From Coriobacteriales bacterium (lineage in GTDB: Bacteria > Actinomycetota > Coriobacteriia > Coriobacteriales > UBA8131), in contig JAISMZ010000027.1 of assembly GCA_031276475.1 (NCBI GenBank), positions 1-27,582 on the forward strand: 27,582 nucleotides of DNA. Reading direction: 5' to 3'. Both the position numbers and the translations under genes were made by a program. Every line of letters starts with the position of its first letter. The stretch's first letter is position 1. Shown here one piece after another: positions 1-9,214 of the stretch. The notes under the pieces were generated by a model. The model was not told where the DNA came from and made no database searches. It was given only the letters and a program-made list of their open reading frames with translations.

Positions 1-17
1 CGTCCCTCTGTGCTGCC
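1..17 (-). repeat. Partial copy of the GGGACGG-core REP-like unit, cut by the window edge
   Basis: Bases 1-17 (CGTCCCTCTGTGCTGCC) are the exact reverse complement of 13132-13148 inside the queA palindrome. Confidence 0.6.
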
Positions 18-250
18 TGCCTGTCACACCGTGTGCGAGACCGCACCTCCTTGCGCCGCGCAAAAAGCCCCGTCAGCCAGAGCACGATGAGCAGGGTCAC
101 GGCGCCAAACAGCATCCGCAGGGCAACGAAGAGAAAAGGACCGATATAGTCCATGCCAAAGCGCTGGGCAACAAAGGCCAGGCCCCAGATCAGGGCCGTC
201 AGCAGCAAAAGCAGTGATGAACGCAGGCGGCGCGCGGAAGGTATGGGCAC
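1..250 (-). CDS. DMT/EamA family transporter, 5' part only (runs off the left edge)
   Basis: Not in the ORF track because no stop lies in the window. Manual translation from GTG at 250 gives MPIPSARRLRSSLLLLLTALIWGLAFVAQRFGMDYIGPFLFVALRMLFGAVTLLIVLWLTGLF..., with the typical EamA TM1-TM2 pattern (IWG.AFVAQ, GPF.F.ALR). It starts 4 nt after the nadE stop. Confidence 0.85.
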   Translation of the reverse strand, partial: MPIPSARRLRSSLLLLLTALIWGLAFVAQRFGMDYIGPFLFVALRMLFGAVTLLIVLWLTGLFARRKEVRSRTRCDRQAAQRD

Positions 251-253
251 TGC

Positions 254-1960
254 TCAGTTCCTCATGATTCCCGCACCGCGCGGGCCATGTGAGCCGTAGA
301 GGTTGCCGAGGAAGTCAAAGACCTCAAAGGCCGTGGGGATGTTGCGGTTGCGGTCGTTAAAGCCGTTGGTCACCGGCCAGGCTCGCTCGTTGGTGATGTC
401 CACCGAAGCCAGACTGGGCGCCAGGGGCTCCTGACGGCGCTTGAACTCCGCGCGACGCACGCGGCCAAGAATCTCTAAGACCAGCTCCGGCGTAATATCG
501 CCGTCCTCACCGGAGGCGCGCAGCAGGGTGATTATCTGGTCGGCGCCCAGGTCGCGGTCGATGTGCAGGCGCAAAACGCGATCGAGGAGCTGGTAGTCGG
601 GCAGGGCGTCGCTGTCTTTTTGCCCCTCGTAAAGTTCAGCCGAAGGCGGCTTTTCCAGGGTCGTACGGGGAATCACCGCAGATTGCTGGTTGCGCCATTC
701 GGCCAGACCGTAAACGTCGGTCTTGTAGGTGTTGCCCAGCGGCGCCAAGGCCCCTGCCGTGTCACCGTAGAGCGTGGAGTAGCCCATGGCGGCCTCCGAT
801 TTGTTGCCGGTGTTTAGCAATAACCAATCGTAGCTGTTGGCAAGATGCATCAGGTGGATGGTGCGGATACGGGCCTGGATATTTTGCAGGGCGATGTCGC
901 TGCCGGGCGAGCCAAGCTCGCGCTGATACTGCTCCACAAATCCATCGTAGGCGCCGGTGATGGGCAGGTGCAGCGTAGCGATGCCGAGGTTTTTCGCCAA
1001 CTCCGTGGCGTCGCTGATGGAGCCCGGCGAGGAGTTGTGGCTGGGCATCAGCACGCCGTGAACATGCTCGGCACCGAGAGCGTCGCAGGCCAGAGCAGCA
1101 GTTACCGAAGAATCGATGCCGCCGGAAAGCCCAATGACGCAGTCGCTGAAGCCGTTTTTGCCCAGATAGTCGCGGATGCTCAAAGTTAGGGCCCGCCAGT
1201 CGGCCTCGTAGGGCAAAAGCGGCCGCACCTTGACCTCTTCGCTGTTCGCGGCCAGATTGACCAGCAGCGAGTGCTCCTCAAAAGGCTGTGCTGAGGCGAT
1301 GACCTGGCCGCTCGGCGCTATCACGATGCTGGCACCGTCAAAGACCAGGTCGTCCTGACCGCCCACCAGATTGACGCAGACTATCCAGATTGAATTGCGC
1401 ACAGCACTCTGGCTCAGCGACTCAATCTGCAGCGAGGCGGTGAACATCTCGTCGGTGCTGTGATAATCCTTGGCCAGCATCACCACGAGGACGTCGGTCT
1501 CCAAAAAATCCTCATCGCTTTCGGGCAGCCCGTCAAAGAGAACGGTCACCTTCTCGCCGGCAATCTGCAAAAACGGCAGCGACGCGCCCTGCTCGTCAAG
1601 CATCCGCTCAAAAAGATTGGAGAAGTGCAGTATCTCGCCTTTGCCACCCTCACAGTAGACAACCTCGGGCAGATTGATGAAGCTGGTGTCGGGGTGGCGC
1701 TGGGGAAACAGCGTGCCGACGAGCGTGGGCAACTTGGCGCGAGCGCAGAAGTCGTTGAGAACATCGAGGCACTCGGCAGAAAAGGCGTCGTGGCTCTGCA
1801 AGCCGGCCACCGGCGCGCCGGTCAGAGCAAAAGCTGGAAAAACCACCAGGTCAGGCGGATAGGGGACACTTGCCAAAGCGTCGATTCTGGCCAGCGCCCG
1901 CTTGCTGTTCTCCCTCAGGGCTCCGACCGTGGGATTAAATTGCTCTATGGCGATATACAT
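254..1960 (-). CDS. nadE: NAD+ synthetase with an N-terminal nitrilase/CN-hydrolase-fold domain (apparently catalytically degenerate)
   Basis: PP-loop GLSGGIDSS, plus NIQARIR, NTGNKSE, GYSTLYGD, PPSAEL and EFKRRQ. N-domain retains NLVGGQDDLVFDGAS. ATG at 1960 has AAGGAG 5 nt upstream. Confidence 0.93.
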   Translation of the reverse strand: MYIAIEQFNPTVGALRENSKRALARIDALASVPYPPDLVVFPAFALTGAPVAGLQSHDAFSAECLDVLNDFCARAKLPTLVGTLFPQRHPDTSFINLPEVVYCEGGKGEILHFSNLFERMLDEQGASLPFLQIAGEKVTVLFDGLPESDEDFLETDVLVVMLAKDYHSTDEMFTASLQIESLSQSAVRNSIWIVCVNLVGGQDDLVFDGASIVIAPSGQVIASAQPFEEHSLLVNLAANSEEVKVRPLLPYEADWRALTLSIRDYLGKNGFSDCVIGLSGGIDSSVTAALACDALGAEHVHGVLMPSHNSSPGSISDATELAKNLGIATLHLPITGAYDGFVEQYQRELGSPGSDIALQNIQARIRTIHLMHLANSYDWLLLNTGNKSEAAMGYSTLYGDTAGALAPLGNTYKTDVYGLAEWRNQQSAVIPRTTLEKPPSAELYEGQKDSDALPDYQLLDRVLRLHIDRDLGADQIITLLRASGEDGDITPELVLEILGRVRRAEFKRRQEPLAPSLASVDITNERAWPVTNGFNDRNRNIPTAFEVFDFLGNLYGSHGPRGAGIMRN

Positions 1961-2005
1961 CACAGCTCCTTTATACTCAGGTTAAACGACTGGGTAAGGC
2001 ACCGG

Positions 2006-2659
2006 TTAATACTCAATCAGTGCCCGATGGCGCTCTGCGGCGATTGTCGTCGACTGGTCATGACCGGGATAGACGCGCACGCAGTCGGGCAGCGCAGAAA
2101 GCCGCACCAGCGAATCATGCATCGCCGCGGCATCACCTGTGGGCAGGTCGGTGCGGCCGGTGGTACCATAAAACAAGGTGTCGCCGCTGAACAGTGCCTC
2201 GGCTGCGGCGACGTAAAGACAGATGCTGCCAACCGAGTGCCCTGGCGTATGCAAGACCTCAAAGGCGATATCGGCTAACTCGATGCGATCCCTGTCGTGG
2301 AGAAGGACGTCCACTTTGGGTGGCTGGCGGCTCTCCCGCGAAAAGTGCGGGTAGTGGCCCTCAGGCTGTTGGATGGCCGGGGCGTCCAACTCGTGGGCGT
2401 AGACCACAGCCCCGGTGGCCTGCACCAGTTCAGCCGCAGCGGCCGTATGATCGGCGTGGCGATGGGTCAGTATGATGGCGTCAACCTTGCGGCCGGACAC
2501 CGCCTTGAGTATTCGCTGAACACCGTCGGCCGGGTCGATGACCACCAGGCTTTGCGCCTCGGAACCGGCCGCGAGCAAATAGCAGTTGGTGATAAATCCA
2601 AAAATCCGCCCGATCTGCAAGGGCAGGGTCTGAATCTTTAGAGTTGCGGCTTCGCTCAT
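2006..2659 (-). CDS. MBL-fold metallo-hydrolase (glyoxalase II-like / YcbL-like)
   Basis: THRHADH (HxHxDH), HTPGHS, FSGDTLF and YPGH motifs. RBS GAGGAAG. Typical neighbour downstream of rel. Confidence 0.9.
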   Translation of the reverse strand: MSEAATLKIQTLPLQIGRIFGFITNCYLLAAGSEAQSLVVIDPADGVQRILKAVSGRKVDAIILTHRHADHTAAAAELVQATGAVVYAHELDAPAIQQPEGHYPHFSRESRQPPKVDVLLHDRDRIELADIAFEVLHTPGHSVGSICLYVAAAEALFSGDTLFYGTTGRTDLPTGDAAAMHDSLVRLSALPDCVRVYPGHDQSTTIAAERHRALIEY

Positions 2660-2675
2660 CGTCTCACTTCCTCAC

Positions 2676-4988
2676 TCACTTTGACATCTCCGGCGACCTG
2701 AAGTCTCGGTGCTTGCGAATCGATTCGCCGGGCATCATCCTGCGAGCATCGATGATACCTTCAATCTGCACCAGCTGCGCCAGTATCTTATCTATTGCAT
2801 TTATCTCGGCCAACTCAAAGAGAAAGCGCATCTCGACGATGCCGTCGCGGTGCGATGTTGAGTTGGCACCGATGATGTTCACGCCGCTGTTGGCCAACAC
2901 CAGGGTCACATCCTGAAGCAGACGCAGTCGGTCGACAGCCTCGATGAATATCTCAACATTATAGACGCCGGTGGTTGGGGCATCGGCCCAGGAGACCTCG
3001 ATGATCCGCTCCGGGGTAAGCATCAGCTCACGGGCGTTGGGGCAGTTTGTACGGTGCACCGAGACGCCGCGCCCGCGCGTCACAAAGCCGATGATCTCGT
3101 CGCCGGGCACGGGGTTGCAGCAATGCGAGAGCCGCACCAAAACGCCGTCGAGCCCTTTAACCCGCACGTTTGACCCCGGCCGATCGGCAGAGCGGCTCTT
3201 GCGCTCAGCCGGAGCGGGCAACATCGCCGAGGTCAGCTCGTCAAGGCTGGCTGAGCCGTCCTTCTCCACAGCTTTTTGATCCGCAGGAAGCACCAGATGC
3301 TTTAACAGTTTATTGGCGATCTGGGCGGCCTTCAGCTTGCCGGCGCCAATCTGAGCAAAGAGGTCGTCAGGGTTGTTCAGGCGCAGTTCAACAGCGATTG
3401 CCTTGAGCGCCTGAGCAGAGCGCTGGGCGGAGAGGCCCAGGCCGTGTTTGCGCACCTCGCGGGCCAGGATCTCGCGGCCCTTGAGGATGTCGTCGGAGCG
3501 CGTGATGCGCGAGAGGTAGCTGCGGATCTTCTGGCGCGCCGAGGGCGTCTTGACGATTGCCAGCCAGTCGCGCGAAGGCCCCGAAGACTTCTGCGTGAGT
3601 ATCTCTACACGGTCACCCATCTGCAACTCATGGGACAGCGGCACGATCTTGCCGTTGATCTTGGCGCCAACACAGTGGTTGCCCACCTCGGTGTGAATGG
3701 CATAGGCAAAGTCGATCGGCGTCGAGCCGGAACGCAGGCTGATCACCTCGCCTTTGGGCGTAAAGACGAAGACCTCGGTATAGTTAAGGTCGCGTTTAAA
3801 GGAGTCGAGGAACTCCTTGGGGTCGTCAGCATCGTCAACCCAGTCCAGCATCTGGCGCAACCACATCAGCTGCTCATCAAACTCCGCGTCAAAGCCCTCG
3901 CCGCGACCGCCCTTATAGCGCCAGTGCGCAGCGACACCGTACTCACTGGTATGGTGCATGTCACGGGTGCGAATCTGAATCTCCAGCGGCCGGGCGGCAG
4001 GGCCAATGACCGTGGTGTGCAGCGACTGATAGCGGTTGAACTTGGGCATCGCGATGTAGTCCTTAAAGCGCCCGGGCATCGGCCGCCAAAGCGTATGCAC
4101 CGCCCCCAGACAGGTGTAGCACTCCCCTATCGTCTCAACTATCAGGCGCAGCGCGATAAGATCGTATATCTCGGAGAAGTCCTTGCCCTTCTCGGTCATC
4201 TTCAGGTAGATGGAATAGAGATGTTTGGGGCGACCGGTTATCTTGGCCTCAACGCCGATTTTCTCCAGTTCGGCATGGATCTCGGCAATCGTTGAATCGA
4301 GGTATTCCTCGCGGGCCATCCGCGATTCAGCGACCATTCGCTGAATCTGGCCAAAGCGCACGGGATCGAGGTAGTAAAACGAGAGGTCCTCAAGCTCCCA
4401 TTTTATCGAGTTGATGCCCAGACGATGGGCCAGCGGCGCGTAGATCTCCATCGTCTCGCGGGCCTTGAAGATCCGCCGATCCTCGCGCAGCGCCTGTAGC
4501 GTGCGCATATTGTGCAGCCGGTCGGCGAGCTTGATAACGATCACGCGAATGTCGCGCGACATCGCCACCAGCATCTTGCGAACGTTGTTGGCCTGCTGTT
4601 CGCTTAAGGACACGATCTCCAGGCGGGTGATCTTGGTAACGCCGTCAACCAGTTTCATGACGTCGGCAGAAAAGGTCGCCTCAACCTCCTCTAAGGTCAG
4701 CGAGCAGTCCTCAACGGTGTCGTGGAGCAAAGCCGCCGTGATGGTATCCACATCCATCCGCAGCTCGGCAAGGATCAACGCCACCTGCACCGGGTGGTTG
4801 ATGAAGGGTTCGCCGGATTTACGCAGCTGGCCAGCATGGGCGCGCTCGGCAAAACGGTAGGCCTGACGCAGCTGGGCGAGCTCGTCTGCACCCATGTAGT
4901 CGCCAGCCTGCTCGTAGAGCCGCTCCAGAACCTGATCAGAAAGCTCGGCAGTTTTTTTATCGCTTTGTGCCATTTGCACTCTCGTCAT
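2676..4988 (-). CDS. relA: Bifunctional long RSH (p)ppGpp synthetase/hydrolase (HD-SYNTH-TGS-ZFD-ACT)
   Basis: RKSGEPFINHP, LLHDTVED, KLADRLHNMRT, RPKH, YQSLHT, EIQIRT, TGS (TPIDFAYAIHT), CCNPVPGD and a C-terminal ACT domain. The start could instead be ATG 4973. Confidence 0.96.
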   Translation of the reverse strand: MTRVQMAQSDKKTAELSDQVLERLYEQAGDYMGADELAQLRQAYRFAERAHAGQLRKSGEPFINHPVQVALILAELRMDVDTITAALLHDTVEDCSLTLEEVEATFSADVMKLVDGVTKITRLEIVSLSEQQANNVRKMLVAMSRDIRVIVIKLADRLHNMRTLQALREDRRIFKARETMEIYAPLAHRLGINSIKWELEDLSFYYLDPVRFGQIQRMVAESRMAREEYLDSTIAEIHAELEKIGVEAKITGRPKHLYSIYLKMTEKGKDFSEIYDLIALRLIVETIGECYTCLGAVHTLWRPMPGRFKDYIAMPKFNRYQSLHTTVIGPAARPLEIQIRTRDMHHTSEYGVAAHWRYKGGRGEGFDAEFDEQLMWLRQMLDWVDDADDPKEFLDSFKRDLNYTEVFVFTPKGEVISLRSGSTPIDFAYAIHTEVGNHCVGAKINGKIVPLSHELQMGDRVEILTQKSSGPSRDWLAIVKTPSARQKIRSYLSRITRSDDILKGREILAREVRKHGLGLSAQRSAQALKAIAVELRLNNPDDLFAQIGAGKLKAAQIANKLLKHLVLPADQKAVEKDGSASLDELTSAMLPAPAERKSRSADRPGSNVRVKGLDGVLVRLSHCCNPVPGDEIIGFVTRGRGVSVHRTNCPNARELMLTPERIIEVSWADAPTTGVYNVEIFIEAVDRLRLLQDVTLVLANSGVNIIGANSTSHRDGIVEMRFLFELAEINAIDKILAQLVQIEGIIDARRMMPGESIRKHRDFRSPEMSK

Positions 4989-7900
4989 TCATTCGTCGCC
5001 CGGGCAAAATGGGCCCGCGGATCATCTGCTCGATGCGTTGCGCCTTAGCCTCCAGTGCCCAGAGCTGAAAGTTCTCAAAGATGTTGAGGATAGCCTGGGC
5101 TTCGGCCTTCGCCTCCTCGTCCTGGGCATCTTCCAGGGCTGCCTCCAGTATAGCGCGATTGATAGCGACATCATCGGCACCGTAGAGCAGGTGCACGCCG
5201 CTGTCCTGACCGTCGCGACCGGCCCGACCGCTCATCTGATTGAGGTCGACGGCGGCAAAGGGCAGATGAAAGAGGAAGACATCGCGGACGTCGGGGATGT
5301 TCACGCCCTCGCCAAAGGCGCTGGTGGCAACGATCGTACTGGCCTGGCGCTGGCGATAGGCCTGCTCGATGCGCAGGCGGTCGGCGCGCTCCATACCAGC
5401 ATGATAGAATACTATCTTATCTGCGAAATCCGGCAGTTCCCTGCGCAGGGATTTACACAGCTCAATGGCGCTCGCTCGCGCGTTGACGTAGATCAGCGAG
5501 CGCACCCCGTCGCTCAGGCGCTCGGCCAGATAGGCTACCCGCTCGCGCTGGCCACGGGCGTCAAAGAGCTTTAAATTGGGCCGCGTGGTTGCGTCCCGAA
5601 CCAGGGCTGCAATGCCCAGCTCGGCGCAGATCCGCTGTGCGTGGGCATCCCCGGCAGTTGCCGAGAGCGCCAGCACGGTGGCCTCGGGAAACAGCGCGCG
5701 CAGCTCACCGGCACGAGCGTAGACCGGGCGATGGGCGCTGCCGGAGGTGGCAATGTGGTGCGCCTCGTCAAAGACCAGAAGACCGGTCCGGTCGCCTTGA
5801 ACAAACTGGCGGCGGTTGAAGGCCAGGTACTCGGGGGTGGTCAGCAGGACGCTTACTTCGCCGCTGCGGTAGGCGTTGAGAATACGTCCGCGCTCGGGGC
5901 CGGGTGTCTGGCCGCTCAGGCGCTCGACCTTCAGCCCCAGCGATGAGAGGCTTTCGCTGAGGTGGAAGTACTGGTCGTTGAGCAATGCCCGCAGCGGAAA
6001 GACGATGATCGTGCCGCGTTGCTGCTCGCATGCCAGCCAGGCGGCGGCGATCTGAAAGATCAGTGACTTGCCCCGGCCGGTGGCCATCACCGTCAGCGTA
6101 GAGCGCCTGTTGGCGAGGTTGGCAATGGAGCGGGCCTGGGCGGCGTGCAGGCTGGCGTCAGGGCCAAGAGTGCGCTCCAGAAAGGCTTTGGCAAAGGTTT
6201 GGATGTCGGTGCCGGAGGCGATGGTAGGGGTTGCCGCAGCGGGCGCCGGTGCGGCTGAAGCACTGGCTGTTGCCGCAGCGGGCGCCTGCGAAGCACAGCC
6301 GGTCGCCAGGCGTACTCCACGGATGTGTAGTTTAACGCTGCGCCGGCCCCGCCACTCGTTGATCTCGGGTGTGAAGGCCAAATCGAAGCGCCCCTCGCCG
6401 GACGCGAGTGCGACATAGAGGGGGTCATCCACACCTGGGCAGTTAAACCAGATCGCCTCCAGGGTCTGGGGGCGTGCGGCGGAGTTGCTCGAACGCGCCA
6501 GAAAGCTGAGGTGGTTTTGCTGAGCACCGATGCGCTGCACGCGGTAGACGCCCACGTCCGCGAGCATGAAATGGGGCTGAGGATTGTCTTTGCCAAAAGG
6601 CTCGGCCATCTCCAACTCTTCGATTGCCTGAATCGTAAAATCGGCGAAGTCTGCCTCGGAGTCTATCACCAGCGGCGTCAGAAACTGCTCGGCGGGCAGA
6701 GCCGCAACATAGTCTTGCATCTGCCGGGTGAAGGCCTCGAGCTTATCAGCGGGCAGAGAGACGCCAACAGCGGCGGCATGGCCTCCAAAGCGGGTCAGCA
6801 TTGGTGCACAGGACTCCACCGCCTTAAAGAGATTGACCGTACCGACGCTACGGCCAGAGCCGGTGGCCATGCCGTCTTCAAGGGAGAAGACTATCGCCGG
6901 CAGGGCGCGGCTGTGAGCCAGGCGCGAGGCGGCGATGCCACGCACCCCGTCGTGCCAATTCTCGCCGGCGGCAATGATCACTCGTGCATCATCGCTGACC
7001 TCCGCCGTCTGGGCCAGCGCCGCCTGACTGAGTTCCTGCTCGGTGCCGCGACGCAGCGTGTTCAATGCGTCCAGACGCTCAGCCAGAGTCGCGGCAACAC
7101 CCGCATTGTCGCAAAGCAGCAGATCCAGTGCCAGGGCGGCGTCGTCCATCCGCCCGGCCGCGTTCAGACGCGGAATCAGGCCAAAGGAGAGATCGAGGGC
7201 CTTCAGGGGCGCAGGCATTGCAGTGGCGCCGGACGCCGGGCCAGCAGACGTGGCGGCAGTAGCGGGCGCTGAGCCGTTACCGTTGCCTGCGCGCCTGCTA
7301 ACGAGGCGCAGCAGAGCCTCGATGCCCGGACGCGGCGAGCGGACAAGGCGCAGCAGCCCCTCCTGCACGAGGGCGCGGTTGGCGCCGCGCAGCGACATCA
7401 CGTCGGCTATTGTACCCAGAGCCGCCAGATCGGTATACTCCAGCCAAGACGTTGGCTGCCCGAGCAGGGCGCCGGTGGCCTGAACTAGCTTTAAAGCCAC
7501 GCCGGCGCCCGCGAGGATGCCAAACTCACACTGCGGGTCGAGCTTTGGGTCGGTTACCGCCAGCGCCTGTGGTAAGACGCCGGTTGGCTCGTGATGGTCG
7601 GTGACGATCGTCTCCACGCCGTGTTCTTTGAGCTGCCGAACCTCTTCTATTGAGGTAATGCCGCTGTCCACCGTGATGACCAGCTCGGGCTCCAGCTGAT
7701 AAACCCGCTCCAGGGCCGCCTCGGTAAGGCCGTAGCCCTCGTCCAGACGGTGCGGGATCACGGCCTCCACCACAGCGCCGAGGCGACGCAGAAATAACAG
7801 CATGATGGCGGAGGAAACCAGCCCGTCAACGTCGTAGTCGCCAAAGACCGCCAGCCGGCGTTTGTCGCGCACCGCCTGGGCCAGGGCCGCGGCCGCCTCC

Positions 7901-8124
7901 GTCATTCCCGGTATCGCCTCTGGCGCTCCCCAATCGCGTTGCAATGAGGGCGTTAGGAAGTCGCGGGCGGCCGCGTAGTCGCCCATCCCGCGGGCAATCA
8001 GCAGGCGCGGCAGAAGCGCCGCGCACTCCAACTTCTGCTGGAGCGCGCGGACGGCATCTTTATCTGGATGTTGAATATCCCAGATCGCTGGTACCTTCTT
8101 CCCAGGGAGGTGCCGATTAATCAT
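4957..8124 (-). CDS. recJ: RecJ ssDNA exonuclease fused to a C-terminal SF2 (RecQ-like DEAH) helicase core
   Basis: RecJ motifs GDYDVDG, ITVDSG, TDHH, GTIADV, GSGRS and FGGHAAA. After an Ala-rich linker come helicase motifs ATGRGKS, DEAH, SAT, YHAGM, ATSAFGEGVN and QMSGRAGRDG. Confidence 0.92.
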   Translation of the reverse strand: MINRHLPGKKVPAIWDIQHPDKDAVRALQQKLECAALLPRLLIARGMGDYAAARDFLTPSLQRDWGAPEAIPGMTEAAAALAQAVRDKRRLAVFGDYDVDGLVSSAIMLLFLRRLGAVVEAVIPHRLDEGYGLTEAALERVYQLEPELVITVDSGITSIEEVRQLKEHGVETIVTDHHEPTGVLPQALAVTDPKLDPQCEFGILAGAGVALKLVQATGALLGQPTSWLEYTDLAALGTIADVMSLRGANRALVQEGLLRLVRSPRPGIEALLRLVSRRAGNGNGSAPATAATSAGPASGATAMPAPLKALDLSFGLIPRLNAAGRMDDAALALDLLLCDNAGVAATLAERLDALNTLRRGTEQELSQAALAQTAEVSDDARVIIAAGENWHDGVRGIAASRLAHSRALPAIVFSLEDGMATGSGRSVGTVNLFKAVESCAPMLTRFGGHAAAVGVSLPADKLEAFTRQMQDYVAALPAEQFLTPLVIDSEADFADFTIQAIEELEMAEPFGKDNPQPHFMLADVGVYRVQRIGAQQNHLSFLARSSNSAARPQTLEAIWFNCPGVDDPLYVALASGEGRFDLAFTPEINEWRGRRSVKLHIRGVRLATGCASQAPAAATASASAAPAPAAATPTIASGTDIQTFAKAFLERTLGPDASLHAAQARSIANLANRRSTLTVMATGRGKSLIFQIAAAWLACEQQRGTIIVFPLRALLNDQYFHLSESLSSLGLKVERLSGQTPGPERGRILNAYRSGEVSVLLTTPEYLAFNRRQFVQGDRTGLLVFDEAHHIATSGSAHRPVYARAGELRALFPEATVLALSATAGDAHAQRICAELGIAALVRDATTRPNLKLFDARGQRERVAYLAERLSDGVRSLIYVNARASAIELCKSLRRELPDFADKIVFYHAGMERADRLRIEQAYRQRQASTIVATSAFGEGVNIPDVRDVFLFHLPFAAVDLNQMSGRAGRDGQDSGVHLLYGADDVAINRAILEAALEDAQDEEAKAEAQAILNIFENFQLWALEAKAQRIEQMIRGPILPGRRMNDESANGTKR
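6230..6286. repeat. 18-nt direct repeat pair (39-nt period) in the RecJ-helicase linker
   Basis: GTTGCCGCAGCGGGCGCC at 6230-6247 and 6269-6286, encoding APAAAT twice. Confidence 0.75.
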
Positions 8125-8261
8125 TGCACAGCCATCTTCCGGCTAGGTAGCACTAAATCGAGGGCAAACGGAATCACTGCACAGCAACCCGATGCACACC
8201 CACGATTTAGTGCTGCCTGACTCGGAATCTGGCGCACAGGCATTAATCGGCACCTCCCTAG
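8102..8261. mobile_element. Non-autonomous IS5-like MITE (152 bp) between secF and recJ
   Basis: Perfect 16-bp terminal inverted repeats GGAGGTGCCGATTAAT (8106-8121 / 8242-8257). Inner inverted repeat 15/16 (8145-8160 / 8203-8218). Flanks CCAG (8102-8105) and CTAG (8258-8261) resemble a 4-bp target duplication. No transposase in the window. Confidence 0.65.
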
Positions 8262-9214
8262 TCCTGTAGGTTCTCCGCGGTCGTGAAGGTGCCCACGCCC
8301 TCGCCGTATTTCTCGTAGAGCTTCTTATATTTGGGCTCGCGCTGCTTCCAAAGGGCATAGAGCGGGCTGGCGATGCCGATTGAGGAATAGGCGCCGAGCA
8401 CCAATCCGATGGTCATAGCAAAAGCGAAGTCCTTAAGCGTCTCGCCGCCGAAGAAAAGCATCGCCACCACGGGCACCAGGGAGGTCAGCGTGGTGTTGAA
8501 GGTACGGATGAATACCTGATTGATGGAGTGGTTGGCCACCGTGATGAAAGAGTGGTGCGCCGTGGTTGCCACGTTGTCGTTGATCCGGTGGAAGACGACG
8601 ACGGTGTCATAGAGCGAATAGCCCATGATCGTCAGCAGGGCGGCAATCACGTTGGGGGTCACCTCGCGTCCGAAGACCGCATAGACGCCGATGATGATCA
8701 GCAGGTCGTGGAGCAAAGCGATAACCGCCACAACACCCATTTTGTACTCAAAGCGAATCGCGATGTAGATGATGATCAGGGCGAGGGCGACCGCAAAGGC
8801 GATCAGCGAAGTGCGGGTGACCTCGTCGCCCCAGGCCGCTCCGATGGTGGTCACCTCGGCGGAGTTGTCGCTTAAGGACAGCGCGCTGACCACCTCGTCG
8901 CCAAGTTTGGAGGCCTCGGCGGCGTCGGTGATGGCGACGCGGACGATGAAGCCGTTGGATCCGCCGGCGTCGCTGGTGCTTTGAACTATCGGTGTCTCGC
9001 CACCAGCAGCCTCCACCGCGCTGCGCATCTGCTCGGTGGTTATCTCGCCGGTGTTGGAGAAGGCGATTGACGTGCCGCCGACGAACTCGATGCCAAAGTT
9101 CAGCCCGCGCAGCGGCAAAGCGATAAGCGAGATGACCATCAAGACCAGCGAGACGATGAAGAAGATCCGACGCTTGGAGAGGAAATCGATGTCTTTTTTA
9201 AACGGCCTAACCAT
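8258..9214 (-). CDS. secF: Protein translocase subunit SecF
   Basis: GLNFGIEFVGGT, IAIRFEYK, ALLHD, GYSLYDTVVVFHRI, RTFNTTLT and GAYSSIGIASP. ATG 9214 overlaps the secD end, with GAGGTG 6 nt upstream. Confidence 0.95.
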   Translation of the reverse strand: MVRPFKKDIDFLSKRRIFFIVSLVLMVISLIALPLRGLNFGIEFVGGTSIAFSNTGEITTEQMRSAVEAAGGETPIVQSTSDAGGSNGFIVRVAITDAAEASKLGDEVVSALSLSDNSAEVTTIGAAWGDEVTRTSLIAFAVALALIIIYIAIRFEYKMGVVAVIALLHDLLIIIGVYAVFGREVTPNVIAALLTIMGYSLYDTVVVFHRINDNVATTAHHSFITVANHSINQVFIRTFNTTLTSLVPVVAMLFFGGETLKDFAFAMTIGLVLGAYSSIGIASPLYALWKQREPKYKKLYEKYGEGVGTFTTAENLQD

